Source of the DNA: Lama glama
Taxonomy: Eukaryota
Assembly (NCBI GenBank): GCA_028534125.1
Contig: CM052818.1
Location: forward strand, 5,210,001 to 5,274,000
Reading direction: 5' to 3'
Length of the DNA stretch: 64,000 bases
Position numbers and translations under genes: made by a program. Of this stretch, positions 50,932 through 63,400 are shown in pieces. Numbering within the stretch: the stretch's first letter is position 1; every line of letters starts with the position of its first letter. The notes under the pieces were generated by a model. The model had not been told where the DNA came from, did no database searches, and saw nothing but the letters and a program-made list of their open reading frames with translations.

Positions 50932-51085
50932 CAAATTCCAGGATACCCAGCGAAATTTAAATTTTGGATAAACAACAAATGATGTTTTTGTAAAATTATG
51001 CCCTAAATATTGCATGGGAATTATACTACAAAATTATTTGTTGTTTATCTGAAATTCAAATTTCACTGAGTATCCTGTATTTTTT
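50932..51085. mobile_element. MER53 palindromic MITE
   Basis: Arms CAGGATACCCAG...GATAAACAACAAAT and ATTTGTTGTTTATC...CTGAGTATCCTG around AAATATTGCATGGGA. Confidence 0.85.
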
Positions 51086-51754
51086 TTTTTTGAACTAAGG
51101 TTATGTTGTGCTGGTTTCTGGTGTACAGCATAGTGATTCAGTTATACAGGTCCTATGTTTTTATTTGTTAAATCAGACAATCCTAAATAGAATAGATTGT
51201 GGCTGGGGATGGATAGGTGGATGGATGGGGGTAGATTAGATGGAAAGATGGACAGAACTCTTTGGGATAATTTTTCAGTGGTCAAGGGCTGTGTGCCTGT
51301 GTGTGTGTGTGGGGGGGGGGGGATGAGAGGGTGTGTGTTGTGCATATCTGTGTGTTTTCCTCTGAAATAGACCAGCAAGGGAAGGCAGGTGCATATGATG
51401 AGAATTTGAGGAGCTAGTCCAGCCTAGAGAACAAAACACCTGCTCTCAGGGAGATGAGAATGTGAACATTTGCCCTGTGATGACACCAGTGACTCACTGT
51501 GTGATCTTTGATAAATCGTACAACCTCTCTGTTATGCAGGGTTTCACGTTCATGTAGAAGAGATAACAATAAGGCTTTATCTCCACCGCACATGAGAGAA
51601 CAAGGTCACGTGAGTGTTGCTTATAAATTCTAGGCTTGAAAGAGGCAAGGGAGGAGTATTTCTGTTCTATTATGTCAATGAAAAGAGAATCGGAACGCTC
51701 CCGTAGACCTGGGATTCTTTTCTGGTTTCTTTGGGAAACACTCTGTAAATAATG

Positions 51755-51832
51755 ATTCCAACCTAGCAGAACACGCGCTGATTACAACGTGCACTTGGTT
51801 TCCAAGCCTTAATTCACGCACCTGAATGTTTC
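51755..51832 (+). repeat. Probable source copy of the 78-bp inverted duplication
   Basis: See 49925-50002; this copy retains its CpGs. Confidence 0.9.
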
Positions 51833-52874
51833 CCTCGTTAGCTGCGCGCATCACCCTCTCACTGAATCAGCGGAAATTAGCAAATTCAGACATCAGCAGT
51901 TTCTTTCCTGTGTTTAACGGGAAGCCTATTGCAACCCAGTGATGGCCCAGGATTTATTTTTTCACGAGTGCCAAAGCAGCACGACACCAGCGGGATCCGA
52001 GCTGGGAGCATGTGCCGATAAAAGCCGGCTTCTTTTTGTGGTCGCGGTTGCAGCGAATCGGCTAATGAACGCGGCTCTCATTATCTTGGGAGGTAGAAGT
52101 CCCTTATGTTTCACAGGGCCTGGGGGATTTTGCTAATAAAACGAATACAGCCAGAGAAGCAAGAACAATGGAGGGCGGGAGGGTCGGTCCTGTCAGTGAT
52201 ATTCCCAGAGGCCTCCGGGCATCCTCCTACAAGGGGTCAAATGGCCAGAACCAACGGCGCGCACGGGGTCCGAAAACAGGGGGGAGCCAGCAGACAGGGC
52301 ACACGTGCAGAAGATTCTGGCCAGGTGCTGCAAGAGGGTGGGTTGGAGTGTGACCCTAGTGGCCCAGGTTAGAGACAGGGCACCCTGCATCACCCTCAAA
52401 CGCAGGCAGCCTTACAGCCGGTGTAACAAAAATCATGACATCAGCATGCCTTCTGGGTCGTTTGCAAAGGACTGTTACATCCAGTAGCTCGGTTCCTCCT
52501 TCTCGAATCAGTGAGAAAACCGAAGCTCCTTACAGGTGAGGTGATTGCCTCTAATGCGTATCGGGGCGGGACTGAAAGTCAGGGCTGCTGAACGCACGGC
52601 CAGGACTTTCTCCACCAGACCCAGCAGTATTTTCCAAGCGATGTAAATTAGTACCTGCCCAAATGTGGCCTTCACCCCTCTTATCTACAGCTGTTGAAAT
52701 TCCCAGCACTGGCGTCCCCTTGGGGGGTCAGAGAGGGATGGAAACAAACTCTATATTGTATTAACCCAGGTTATGCAGTGACGGGGAAAGAAAACAGGAA
52801 CCAATTCTATCTGGCTCTTTCATCCTGGTTGTCATCTTGGAAAGACACATTTCCATCATGCAAAGTGTGATTTA

Positions 52875-53450
52875 CCAGCATTCATTCCTTCATCCACTCA
52901 CTCATTCATTCAAAAAAATGTAACTTGAATGTCTACACGCCAGACACTGCGTATTCAGTGGTGAATGAGAGAGAGCTGATGCTTGTCCTCGTGGGGTTCA
53001 CAGCATCGTGAAAGGGACAGGCGTTAGAGAAGGAAACAGAGGCCAAAGTGTCTGATTATCAATTGTGGAAAGTGTTACAGGAATAAGGAGAGGCTGTTTC
53101 ACAAAAAATACAGATGTCACTTCTCCGACTTGAGCAGGCCACTCCAAGGCGGTGCCTCGAAAAATCAGAAGGGGCCCTCTGCCTGAGTAGTGAGAAGAAA
53201 GAACGTGAGGAGAACCGTGGAGAAGAGAGAGCTCCGTCCTTTCCAGGAGGTGGATAGACGCCCCTGGAGCTGGAAAGAGGTGAGGGACAGTTAGAGAGAG
53301 GAAGGTGACGATGCAGAGGAGGCAGGAGCTCCAAGAAGCAGCCTGGGCTGCGTGGTGCAGACGGTGGCCCTGGCCTCTGGACGGAGAAGGAAACCCCCTG
53401 AAGGGCGGGAGACCCCGAAAGGATGGAGGTGAACTTGGACTTTGCCCAGT
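52875..53450 (-). mobile_element. L2 3' end
   Basis: (CATT)n-like tail, TGAATGTCTACACGCCAGACACTG, and GA-rich body. Confidence 0.8.
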
Positions 53451-53599
53451 TTCCAAGTGTGCAGTTGCAGGTGCCCGAGGTGGGCCTGACACCTCCGGCA
53501 GTGATTTATCCCCCACTTTGAATTCTCTGTCCGCCACCAGCCCCACTCAGGGGGCTTCGTCCCACCTCCCTCCTACGTTACCGTAGCTGGCCTTCCAGG

Positions 53600-54100
53600 T
53601 TCACGTGGGAACAGGGGGGAAACATAAACTGCCAACTCAGTTCCTCAAAAATATTTTCCCAAGCGCCAGATGGAGACCGAGCCATAAACTGACAAGTCCC
53701 TGACCGAGTCCTGGCCACCTGCGAGGGCTCTTCTCAGGCGCCCACCCCGCTTTCTCTCCCGCTGCCCTGCCGGCTGCTCGCGGCTGAGCCAGCGCCCCAT
53801 CCCAGGGCTGGGCGGCCGATCATTAGAAGTCACTGATTAACCACCGCGGCGGTTAGAAGTTCTGGAGTTTTGTTTTCTGCAACCTGAGAGGGTGCCTGCT
53901 TTATGATTTTTTAATTAGAGTGTAAATATCGCAGCCCCATAAACCTCCTGATTGATTGCTGACAGGTGTGAAAGTTTGCACTCGCTGTAAAAGGCCCCCT
54001 GTCTTCTGTTATCTCCGGCTCCTGTTTTCTCAGGCTGCCCTGGCAGCTGGCTGCAGGGGCGGCTTTCTCCGGCTGGGTCGACACACTGGGCGGCACACAG
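53600..54100. promoter_or_regulatory. Candidate HOX/PBX/MEIS/T-box enhancer
   Basis: CpG-retaining unique block containing CCATAAA, TGATTGAT, TGACAG and AGGTGTGAAA within 37 bp; motif-based only. Confidence 0.5.
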
Positions 54101-55653
54101 CAAAAATGGCCACACGGAGACTTTATCCTCTGATTTCCCCACTGTCTCCTCTGGAGTCCCTTCTCCCTGTCCCCTCTGCCATCTTCTTCTTTTGGAAACC
54201 ACAGTGTGACCTCGGTCTGGTAAAGAACTCCCCACAATGGCTCTGCTGTTCCGAGGCACACCCCATCTTCTGACCATGTCACACATTCTATGGCCCTCAC
54301 TTCTTCAATGGCTGAGAAACACAAATTAATCCAAATACTTATTCATGGATGTATTCAGTCAACAAATACTAAGGGCGGCTGTGGCTACAGTACACATGTT
54401 ATTTCAGGTGCCCAGGAGACAGCGTGGAGCACATCCAAGTCCTTGCCATCACAAAGTACATTCTAGAAGGGGAGATGGCAAATACACACATGACCAAATA
54501 AGTTAAGAAGATCATTTCAAACACTGATAAGTGCTATGGGGGTGATAATACTGGGGCACACGGACGAGAGTCACTGGCAAGTCGCTTTGGGCAGGAGAGC
54601 AGGAGATTTGGTTATTTTCACCATCTTTCCAGCACGAGGCCCCTCACTTCTGTTTCTTTTGGAAGACCTGATTTCTTCTTCTTGTTCTCACACCATATGG
54701 GCTTCTCCAATCCATGTGACCGAAAATGATCATCTCATCTCTCTTTTCACATTGCCTCAGTACAAGCAATCAACAAAGACCAATCGTCCTCCCTGGGTCC
54801 CTGCTCCTAGAAAGTAGGGTCTGATCTGTCCCGCTTGGGTCAGGGTTCATCTTGGTGAAAATCATCCTTGAGCAATCGAGGCTGTGTCACCTATGAGTGT
54901 GACCTAAGTCCCTGTTGCTGTGGGCAGAGGGGCATTTATCCTAGGGAAGAGGGAGAATGTAGCCTGGGAATACACCAACTGGTCATCTTGCTTACTGACA
55001 GTTGTTTTGTAGACCTGTCATCCATTCCTACAGAGAGGCGGTAATCCAGACAAGAAAGGATGGGCCCTTAAACTGAGGAGGGAGAGGAAGTGCTGTGAAG
55101 AAACAATGGGATTTTTAGAGCCAACGTGTTCTGATGAGTTGAACTAAATAATGCAACTATCTTGCAAGCTTAGAATTTGAAACCCGGCCATCTAGAGTGA
55201 ACACCTGAAATAAAATCCCACAGCTATTTAATATACTCTCAAAGTCCTCCAGAGAAGAAAGCGATACTGCTTTTCAAAATATTTTGAATTTTAAGACTTC
55301 TTAGCTCCTACAATCTTGGATTCCTTCATGTCTAGGGCAAATGCTCCAGCGTTAGGTGACAGCATTTACCTGGACCTGAGGGGTAATCATTCATAATGAA
55401 CCTTTCACTCAAAATACTGTCCCAGTTCAGACACTAAATTAAAAGCCGTCGTATTCCTAGGGCAAGTCAGAGAAAGGCAATTATGTCTATTGTGATTTCA
55501 AATATCAAGAAACAAGACAGGACAACTTGAAAAACTATGTGAGGTAAAAGTTTCCAGGTGACTTGGAATCTGAGATTTTAAGTCACACGCAAGTTTCTTG
55601 GTGATGATGGTCACTCTGTACAGATTTGGAAGCTATTTACAAAATCCATCATG

Positions 55654-55742
55654 GCAGGGAGGATAATAGCTCATAGCAGAGCACGTGCTTAGCATGCCCA
55701 AGGTCCTGGGTTCAATCCCCAGGGCATCCATTAAAAAAAAAA
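55654..55742 (+). mobile_element. tRNA-derived camelid SINE (vic-1 type)
   Basis: ATAGCTCA...GAGCACGTGCTTAGCATGCCCAAGGTCCTGGGTTCAATCCCCAG plus A tail. Confidence 0.85.
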
Positions 55743-55860
55743 CAAAACTCATCCTGCTCAGCGTTGGTGGTATAAGGGTGTGCATAGCTGCCTTCCAAAG
55801 CCCTTGTCACATTCTTACACTTTCTCTGATTCTTACTCTGTCGGGTAAGAGGCCCAATCT

Positions 55861-56145
55861 TGTTTTTTTTTTTTTTTCAATTGCAGTACAGTCGGTTTAT
55901 AATGTTGTGTCAATTTCTGGTGTACAGCATAGTAATTCAATCTTACATATACATATATATATTCTTTTGCAGGTTCTTTCTCATTATAGGCTATTAGAAG
56001 GTATTGAATATAGTTCCTGTGCTACACAGTAAGACCTTGTTGTTTATCTATTTCATATACAGTAGTTAGTATCTGCAAATCTCAAACTCCCAGTTTATCC
56101 CTCCACCCTCCCCTTCTCCCCTAGTAACCATGAGTTTGTTTCTAT
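55861..56145 (-). mobile_element. Artiodactyl/camelid L1 3' end
   Basis: Poly-T, then TTGAATATAGTTCCTGTGCTACACAGTAAGACCTTGTTGTTTATC and CTCAAACTCCCAGTTTATCCC. Confidence 0.9.
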
Positions 56146-57187
56146 TCCCAGAGCAAAAAAGGGAATGAGAATGCATCATGGCCTTTTGGTAAAATGACGG
56201 TTATTACATATAACAAAAAACATATTTTTGACAGCAAACCAAAGACCGCACAGGGTATTATCAGCTTTTCAAACACTGAAGTGAAAAAATAAATGGGTAG
56301 AGGATTTGTGTGTCATTCAGCAGAGTTTTAGTGTCAGCTATAACAGTTCTTAGTGGAAAAAATGTTTAAGACCCTCTACTTAATCAAAACTAAATTCCTC
56401 GTAAATGACTATTTGATAAAAGGAAAGAATTGTCTATGAGTAACTTGTCCTACAACGCAGAATTGTTCCCCAACTCCAAAGAATGAAGTAAAGCTGATTG
56501 AGAATATTCTAAGTACAGCATTAGGGTTTTGATAAACACAATAAAATCTCAAATACCAAATTGCTCAGCTAGGAACGATTGGATAACCTCGGACAAGTTG
56601 ATCCCCACTGATTATTTTTCCCCAGAAGCTTAAAGTGTGAATAAAATGTTCTGGTATTTCAGTCTCTCATCAGTTTTTACAAGGGGGTTTTCAAGTTTCT
56701 CATATCCTGCTATCCTATTACCCTTCTTTATCTTTCTTGGAGTCTATTCCAGGAATTACTCATGCATAAAGATTATGTGAGCAGCCTTCATCTCGAACAC
56801 TTTTTTCTAATTGTCAAATTTACAGTAAAAAAAGGGCTAATAACTATTGAGTATTGATTGCTCCAAGCTGTCATAAATGCTCTGGCAATTTCTAGACACA
56901 AAAAGCAATCGTAACGTAGTCTGCAGTAGACTGCCCTAATTTACAAGTAAATGCTTTCCAAAGTGAAAAAAAGAAAAAGCTGAGCATACTTAATTCTCTG
57001 AATTTTGATAACAGAGGGCAGGAAAAACTGCATCTCACTGGAAACGCAAAGTTAGTCTTCAGCTGAGAGAATTTCTTCCTTGTCTTCATTGATTTAAGCT
57101 TTGTCACCTTTTTTGTGTGTCATAGGCCAGTTCTCAGGTTAGAGGTGATGGCAGAGCTTAATGGTTAAGAGTGAATAGAACAAAAAA

Positions 57188-57958
57188 GAAAAACAAGAAG
57201 AAAACCTACGGAATGGGAGAAAACTTTTGCAAGTGAAACCAACAAAGGCTTGATCTCCAAAATATATAAGCAGCTCATACGANNNNNNNNNNNNNNNNNN
57301 NNNNNNNNNNNNNNNNNNNNNNNNNNNNNNNNNNNNNNNNNNNNNNNNNNNNNNNNNNNNNNNNNNNNNNNNNNNNNNNNNNNNNNNNNNNNNNNNNNNN
57401 NNNNNNNNNNNNNNNNNNNNNNNNNNNNNNNNNNNNNNNNNNNNNNNNNNNNNNNNNNNNNNNNNNNNNNNNNNNNNNNNNNNNNNNNNNNNNNNNNNNN
57501 NNNNNNNNNNNNNNNNNNNNNNNNNNNNNNNNNNNNNNNNNNNNNNNNNNNNNNNNNNNNNNNNNNNNNNNNNNNNNNNNNNNNNNNNNNNNNNNNNNNN
57601 NNNNNNNNNNNNNNNNNNNNNNNNNNNNNNNNNNNNNNNNNNNNNNNNNNNNNNNNNNNNNNNNNNNNNNNNNNNNNNNNNNNNNNNNNNNNNNNNNNNN
57701 NNNNNNNNNNNNNNNNNNNNNNNNNNNNNNNNNNNNNNNNNNNNNNNNNNNNNNNNNNNNNNNNNNNNNNNNNNNNNNNNNNCAATGATATATTGTACAA
57801 CAGAAGGAATATAAGCCAATATTTTATAACATATAAAATTATATACTTTATAATGGAGTATAACCTTTAAAACTTGTGACTCACCATGTTGTAAACCTGT
57901 AACTTATATATTATACATCAATTATACTTCAATAAAAATAAATATAAATAAATAAATA
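57188..57958 (+). mobile_element. L1 sequence across the second gap, inside a MIR
   Basis: Left: ORF2 KTRRKPTEWEKTFASETNKGLISKIYKQLIR; right: L1 3' end with AATAAA and (TAAA)n; MIR start at about 57145-57175 resumes at about 57985-58170. Confidence 0.85.
57283..57782. other. Assembly gap (500 N)
   Basis: Run of N. Confidence 1.
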
Positions 57959-60239
57959 GGAAAAAGTTTTAAAAAATACACAAGTTAAAAGTTGAATTGC
58001 CTCAATTCTAAATCCCAGCTTTGCTACTTGCTATCTGGGTAAATTAGTCCCGATTTTTTAATTTATAACACAGAATATCAATTGTAACTATTCCAGTGAG
58101 CGAAATACATATTAAGCGTCAGCACAGAGCCTGGCATAGAGTAGAACCTTAATAAAGTACCCTGTTACATGAAAGGAAAAAATAACTACAAGATAAACAA
58201 AGAGCTTAGATAATCAGCCCCTAAATAATTGTAGCCTGAGCCTTTCTCCTCCAGCAGACCTGGGTATATGCCGACAGCCTCTCTTTAATTCATGATGCGT
58301 TCTCCATCTACAGGATTCAAGTTCTCTATCTTTTTGGCACAGACTGAACATCATTCCCCAAGGAGGCTGTTAATTCGTTCAGGCCAATGGAAAGCAATCA
58401 TTATAAGCAATTCAAAGTTCCCTTTGGACTTCCTCTAGGATGCGGATACAACCAATTCTTTATTATTTCCTAGATAAAGGGTGACATCAACCCTGGTAAC
58501 ATGTTAGGGTTGACCCCGTGTTAGAAGGAAATGTTTTCACTGATTTACATTTCTGACCACTACATTCACGTCAGGCAGATTTCGGACACAATTCGTTCTG
58601 GTTCACTTTTCCACGTGTCTACCAGACAAGACTGGTTCATGGGACCAGGAGTTTTCTCATTCTACGTTCCAGAATTACATTTTGGAATGTGTTCTTTTGA
58701 TTCTGACTCAGGTGACTGCTAACTCAGTTATACACAAGTAAACTTGTGGGCACACAGATCTTGATCTATTTACACTGACATTCAGTCTGGCAAGTTCTTG
58801 CCAAACGCAGACCTGGCAGAGTTTGGGTTTTTATGAGAATTCCGGGTCAGTGTTATACCTAGAATTCTTAAAATTTTGCTGAAATTACCAAGAATACCAG
58901 TCACTCTTCAGAGCATAAATTCCGTAGCTACTGAAATCTAAGAGAAATTCATGTTTATATTAACTTATGGCATGACAGTGCAATAGCATTGGGTTTTTTT
59001 GGCAAATAGCATTTTCTGTCTAGCTTCTAAGAATATTTTCTTATTACAACTGCTCTTGTCTACAAGTCCATTAAGTGTCTCTCTGAAAAGCCAGATCTCT
59101 TTGTTCATCTTGGGCAAACAGAGTCTTATAATAATCGCAGAAAGAACCTAGTGATAAGTACTCTGTACAAAACTGTCATGTGGTCAAATGTCTGTTTGGT
59201 GTCTTTTTTTTTTTTCCACAAGGTGCATCAAAAATTCCCATAAATCTGTGGCTGCATCCATTTTGCCTAGTTCGTAACAGGTCTCTTTCCTAAAAAAACT
59301 TCCAAAGTTACTCTAGCGTTTGCAAACATGAATACTAGTAGTTCTGTTCAACAGAATCAAGACTTTGGACTGAGACATGACATGTCTAAGAAGATCAGTG
59401 CAAGGTTCCCTCCATGACTACCAGTCCCACACTAGGATCACTGAGACACTAGGTAGATGATACTCTTTTCTAGTGTCTTTATTTCATAAGGAAAAGAGAA
59501 TGCTATAAAGAGATTGCCTATTTCTATTCCACTTTCCTGAAATCATTGGTTTAAAAAAGACAGAAAACATTAGATCAAGCTTCCCAGGATGTCCTAATTC
59601 TAAGTGAAAATAAAGCTTTTTAATTTATTATTATTTTTTAAAATCTTGCTACCGATTGCCAGAAAAGCCACTTGGTAGGATACAGTTGCTACCAATAATA
59701 AGACTGAGCATGAGAAACCTCATTTTTGGCACTACACTAAAGGGTAAAGTAGAGCAAGGGGGAAAAAGGTCACCTTTGTCAGACAGAAGGTTAGATGTAT
59801 TAAAATAAAATCTTAATGGAGCCAAAGTGAAGACCTGTATTATGTCCAAGATTTCTGGTGGGAAAGTTTCAGCAATAATGAACTGTTTCCCAAATGGGAT
59901 AATTAATGAGCAGTGAAGTATTTCACAACAGAAACAATGTAGTTTTGAAAGACCCAGAGAGACATGGGGATATCCTTCACACCAGCTCAAAGTGGCCAAG
60001 GTTTGTTTGTTTGCTTTAAATCCTTAATCGACTCCATCAACCCGGGAATGTCCGAGGAAGGAAATGGTGCAGTGTCTGAGCAGTTAACTGAACATAATGG
60101 ATGGTGTTGCCTTAATCTCCTACTGAATTTATCAGAAGAAATGACTTTTCTTTTTGTTACTTACGTATAGATCATGAAAAATAACCTAATACAGTGGGTT
60201 TTCTGTGTATTTCATTGAAATCAACTAAAACCAACTTGC

Positions 60240-61275
60240 TATTTTGCCTTCTTTACTTCCTCTTCATTGGACAAATCCTTTGATTTTCAGTCCCCAACAC
60301 TGGTTTGAATTACCCCCTGTCAAGATCGTCAGCTCTATCCATGTGGCCAAAGACGGTGGTAACCCTCCCATACTCATCCTCGTCTACGTCTCAGAGGGAA
60401 TAAATACGTTTGATCATTTCTTCCTTCTGGAAACGTGTGTCCTTTTGTCTTAGCTGACTCTACTTTCTTCTGGTTTCCAGGTTGTTCCAACTCAAACTCT
60501 TTTCTGGATCTTCTTCCTCCTCTACTATGTGTTCATTGCCCCAAGACCAATCTTGGCCCCCATCTTTCCTTTATCTACACTAACTCCCCTATGCAAATTC
60601 GTCCAACTTCATGACTTAATCTGTGGGGTATTGACTCCAGCCCTGATCACCTCCTTGAGTTCAAGTTCCGTATATCCAACTTCCTGCTTGACGTCTCCAG
60701 TTGTGGGTTAATAGGGATCTCACCTTTGACTTTTTCAAAGCATATTTCTTTCAAAGCATTTTTTCCCCTCTATTCACCCTCTAACATACACACTCCCACC
60801 ATCCATTCAGTGGCTCAAGCAAATGCCTTGGGAGTCACATTTAGTTCTTAGCATATCACCCACCATGGTCCAAATGCAAACCACCAACATGTCTTTTCCA
60901 ATCCTGAAATAGCCCATTAAGTTATCTCCTTGTTTTTAATCTTAACTCTGCACATAGCATCCCAAATGATGTATTCAATGTAACTCAAATAATGTTACTC
61001 TTCTGCTTAAAAATCCTACTGTGCCTCTGGTCCACTGTGGCCGGCAGAGCTTTGCATGGTCTAGCTGGTGTCTAACTTTCCTTCCTCAACGCAGGCTGTG
61101 TCCTGTACCACTTATTCTACTACACAGAGCTTTTGGTTCAACACACCAAGCTCATTCCTGCCTCAGAGCCGGGGCACTTGCACCTCTCCTTTGCCTCTTT
61201 GAACAGCTGCTTCTTGCTCCGTTAGATCCCCTATAAATGTTATTTTCTAAGGTAGTCAGCCCCACGCCACTCCAT
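60240..61275 (+). mobile_element. L2 including a reverse-transcriptase remnant
   Basis: ORF 60244-60453 (VKIVSSIHVAKDGG...ILILVYVSEGINTFDHFFLLE) resembles L2 RT VKV.NDLHVAK...LILLDLSAAFDTVDH.LLLE. Confidence 0.8.
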
Positions 61276-61279
61276 CTGT

Positions 61280-63400
61280 CACCATCAGAATGGTGGTTAC
61301 CTCTGGGGAGATGAGAGCAGAGACTGCCTAGAAAGGTGAATGAGAGAATGTCTGGGGTGATGCTTCTGTCACCCTGTTTGTGCACTTGTCAAAACTCAGT
61401 GAAGGTTTGTGCATTTCATTGTATGGAAGTTTAATTTCAAAAGAAACAATATAAATAAATGTAAAACTCTAGTTAATGCTATGAACGGTGAAGTCTAGAG
61501 GAGAAAATGTACTGATGTCTGCACTTTAAAATATTTCAAAATATAAAGTATATTGATAGGTGAAAAATGTATAAATTTAAAAAGTGTGATAAAACAAGTA
61601 CAGTACAATGTTAAAGGTAGACGCTAGGTGGTGGGGGAACAGATGTTAACTCTAAAATTCACCTGTGCTATATGCTTGAAAGTGTTTTAATGAAACTGGA
61701 AAATTATTTTCTTAAAAAAATCTAAAGAGAATCAGTTAAAGATGATTAGATCTGATAAGGATTCAAAAGGTGACTGAATTAAACTTAAATAAACAGAAGG
61801 TTTTCTATATAAAAACTAAAAAGTAGAATAAGAAATTGACTCAATTCATAATAATAACAAAAGCCGTAATATACATATGAACACATTTAACAATATATAA
61901 GAATAATATGAAGAAAATTAGAATACTTTCCTGAAACTGCATAAAACCTGACCTGACACCTTGTCCAGCTCAATGTAAAGTGAGTGATAACAGAAATATT
62001 ACAGAATGTAAATATTACCCAGACTAGTATAAATTCAATGAAATTTCATTGAAAAAAATCTAATGGAAACACTTATTAACATAAAAAAATTGTTTACAAA
62101 ATACATTTGGAAAAGCAAAAGGGTAGGAATAGTCAAAATTTGGAACAAAAATTCAAATGGGAGGGAGAAGACTTTTGGATGTTAAAGTAAATCATAACAT
62201 TTCAGTAATTAAAACAATGTTGATTAACCAGATAGATCAGTGAAACAAAAGAGATGGCCCAGATCCTTATCAATATGGCAATTTAATGTATCATAGAGGA
62301 GTCATTCTAAATCAGAAAGCAGAGGACTTAATAGAAAGTGTTGACACAATTACATATACATGGAATGTTATAATGTTCAATCTCTAGAATATATTCTGGA
62401 TGGATTCATTTCTAACAAACATAGTACAAAATAATAAACCTGCTAGAAAAGAGGAGACTGCTTTCTCTTATTGTGGTAGGTTGCAGCTTTCTTTAAAAAA
62501 ATAATCATCATAAGCCGTAAAAGATGAAATTGACAAGTTTGACCATGAACAAAGTAAACATCTCTATAAATAAATAGATATTATAAACAAAGAAAAAAGC
62601 AAAGCATGGAGTGGGGAATTTATCTGTGACATAGATAGATATATAACATAAATAGGATATAAACAGACGAAGCACAGAAATAGAGCTATTTATTAAATAT
62701 GTAGCCAAGCTTTATCCCTAATATTTTATTTATTTATAAATTAATAGTTATTTATAAATAAATAGTGACCAGTAATAGATGCTAAGTCTCATTAGAGACT
62801 GGGACAACAGATTAGCTCTCCTGTTAGTTTTAGCCTATAAAAATAAGGAAAATAAAATTGAAAAGAGAGTTGATAACATTTAGTGTTAGGAAAAATTGAG
62901 AAAACAATTTTTCACACATTGGTGGCTGGAGTATAAAAAAATTCTGGAAGGATATTTTGTAAATCGATCAAATTTTAAACTAGTCTTTGAATCATATGCT
63001 CCAAGTCTAGGCATACATCTTTGATACACAAGCACATAAAGATGAATGTGCAAGTATGTTTATTGCAGTGCCTTTAATAATGCCAAAAACTGGAGAAAAC
63101 TTACATTTGCAACTATCAGAAATGGTTAAATAAACGGTACATTCACAATAGGAAATATCATATTTGGAGACAGACCCACAATCTATTGCTGAGTGGAAAA
63201 CAAATCAGTTACAAAACAAGACGTGTTTGATTATTTATACTCGTTCAAAAAAACATATACTTTTTAAGTGTGTAGAAAATGGGCCAGAAATTTAAAAAAA
63301 GCTAAGTTCTCATCAGTGCATTTCTTCAGGAAGGATGTGTATTGGAGGAGTATGAAGAGAGAGCGTTCTTTCACCGTTTTTTATTCCATTTTGGATTTTT
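61280..63400 (+). mobile_element. Old L1M fragments (3' end, then decayed ORF2 to 3'UTR)
   Basis: CAGAATGGTGGTTACCTCTGGG; TAAATTCAATGAAATT; CACACATTGGTGGCTGGAGTATAAA; GTTTATTGCAGTG. Confidence 0.75.

Noticed and set aside
52998..53546. 182-aa ORF
   Set aside because: Lies over a decayed L2; no recognisable protein
57139..57870. ORFs of 206-226 aa
   Set aside because: Artefacts of translating the N gap, flanked by L1 sequence
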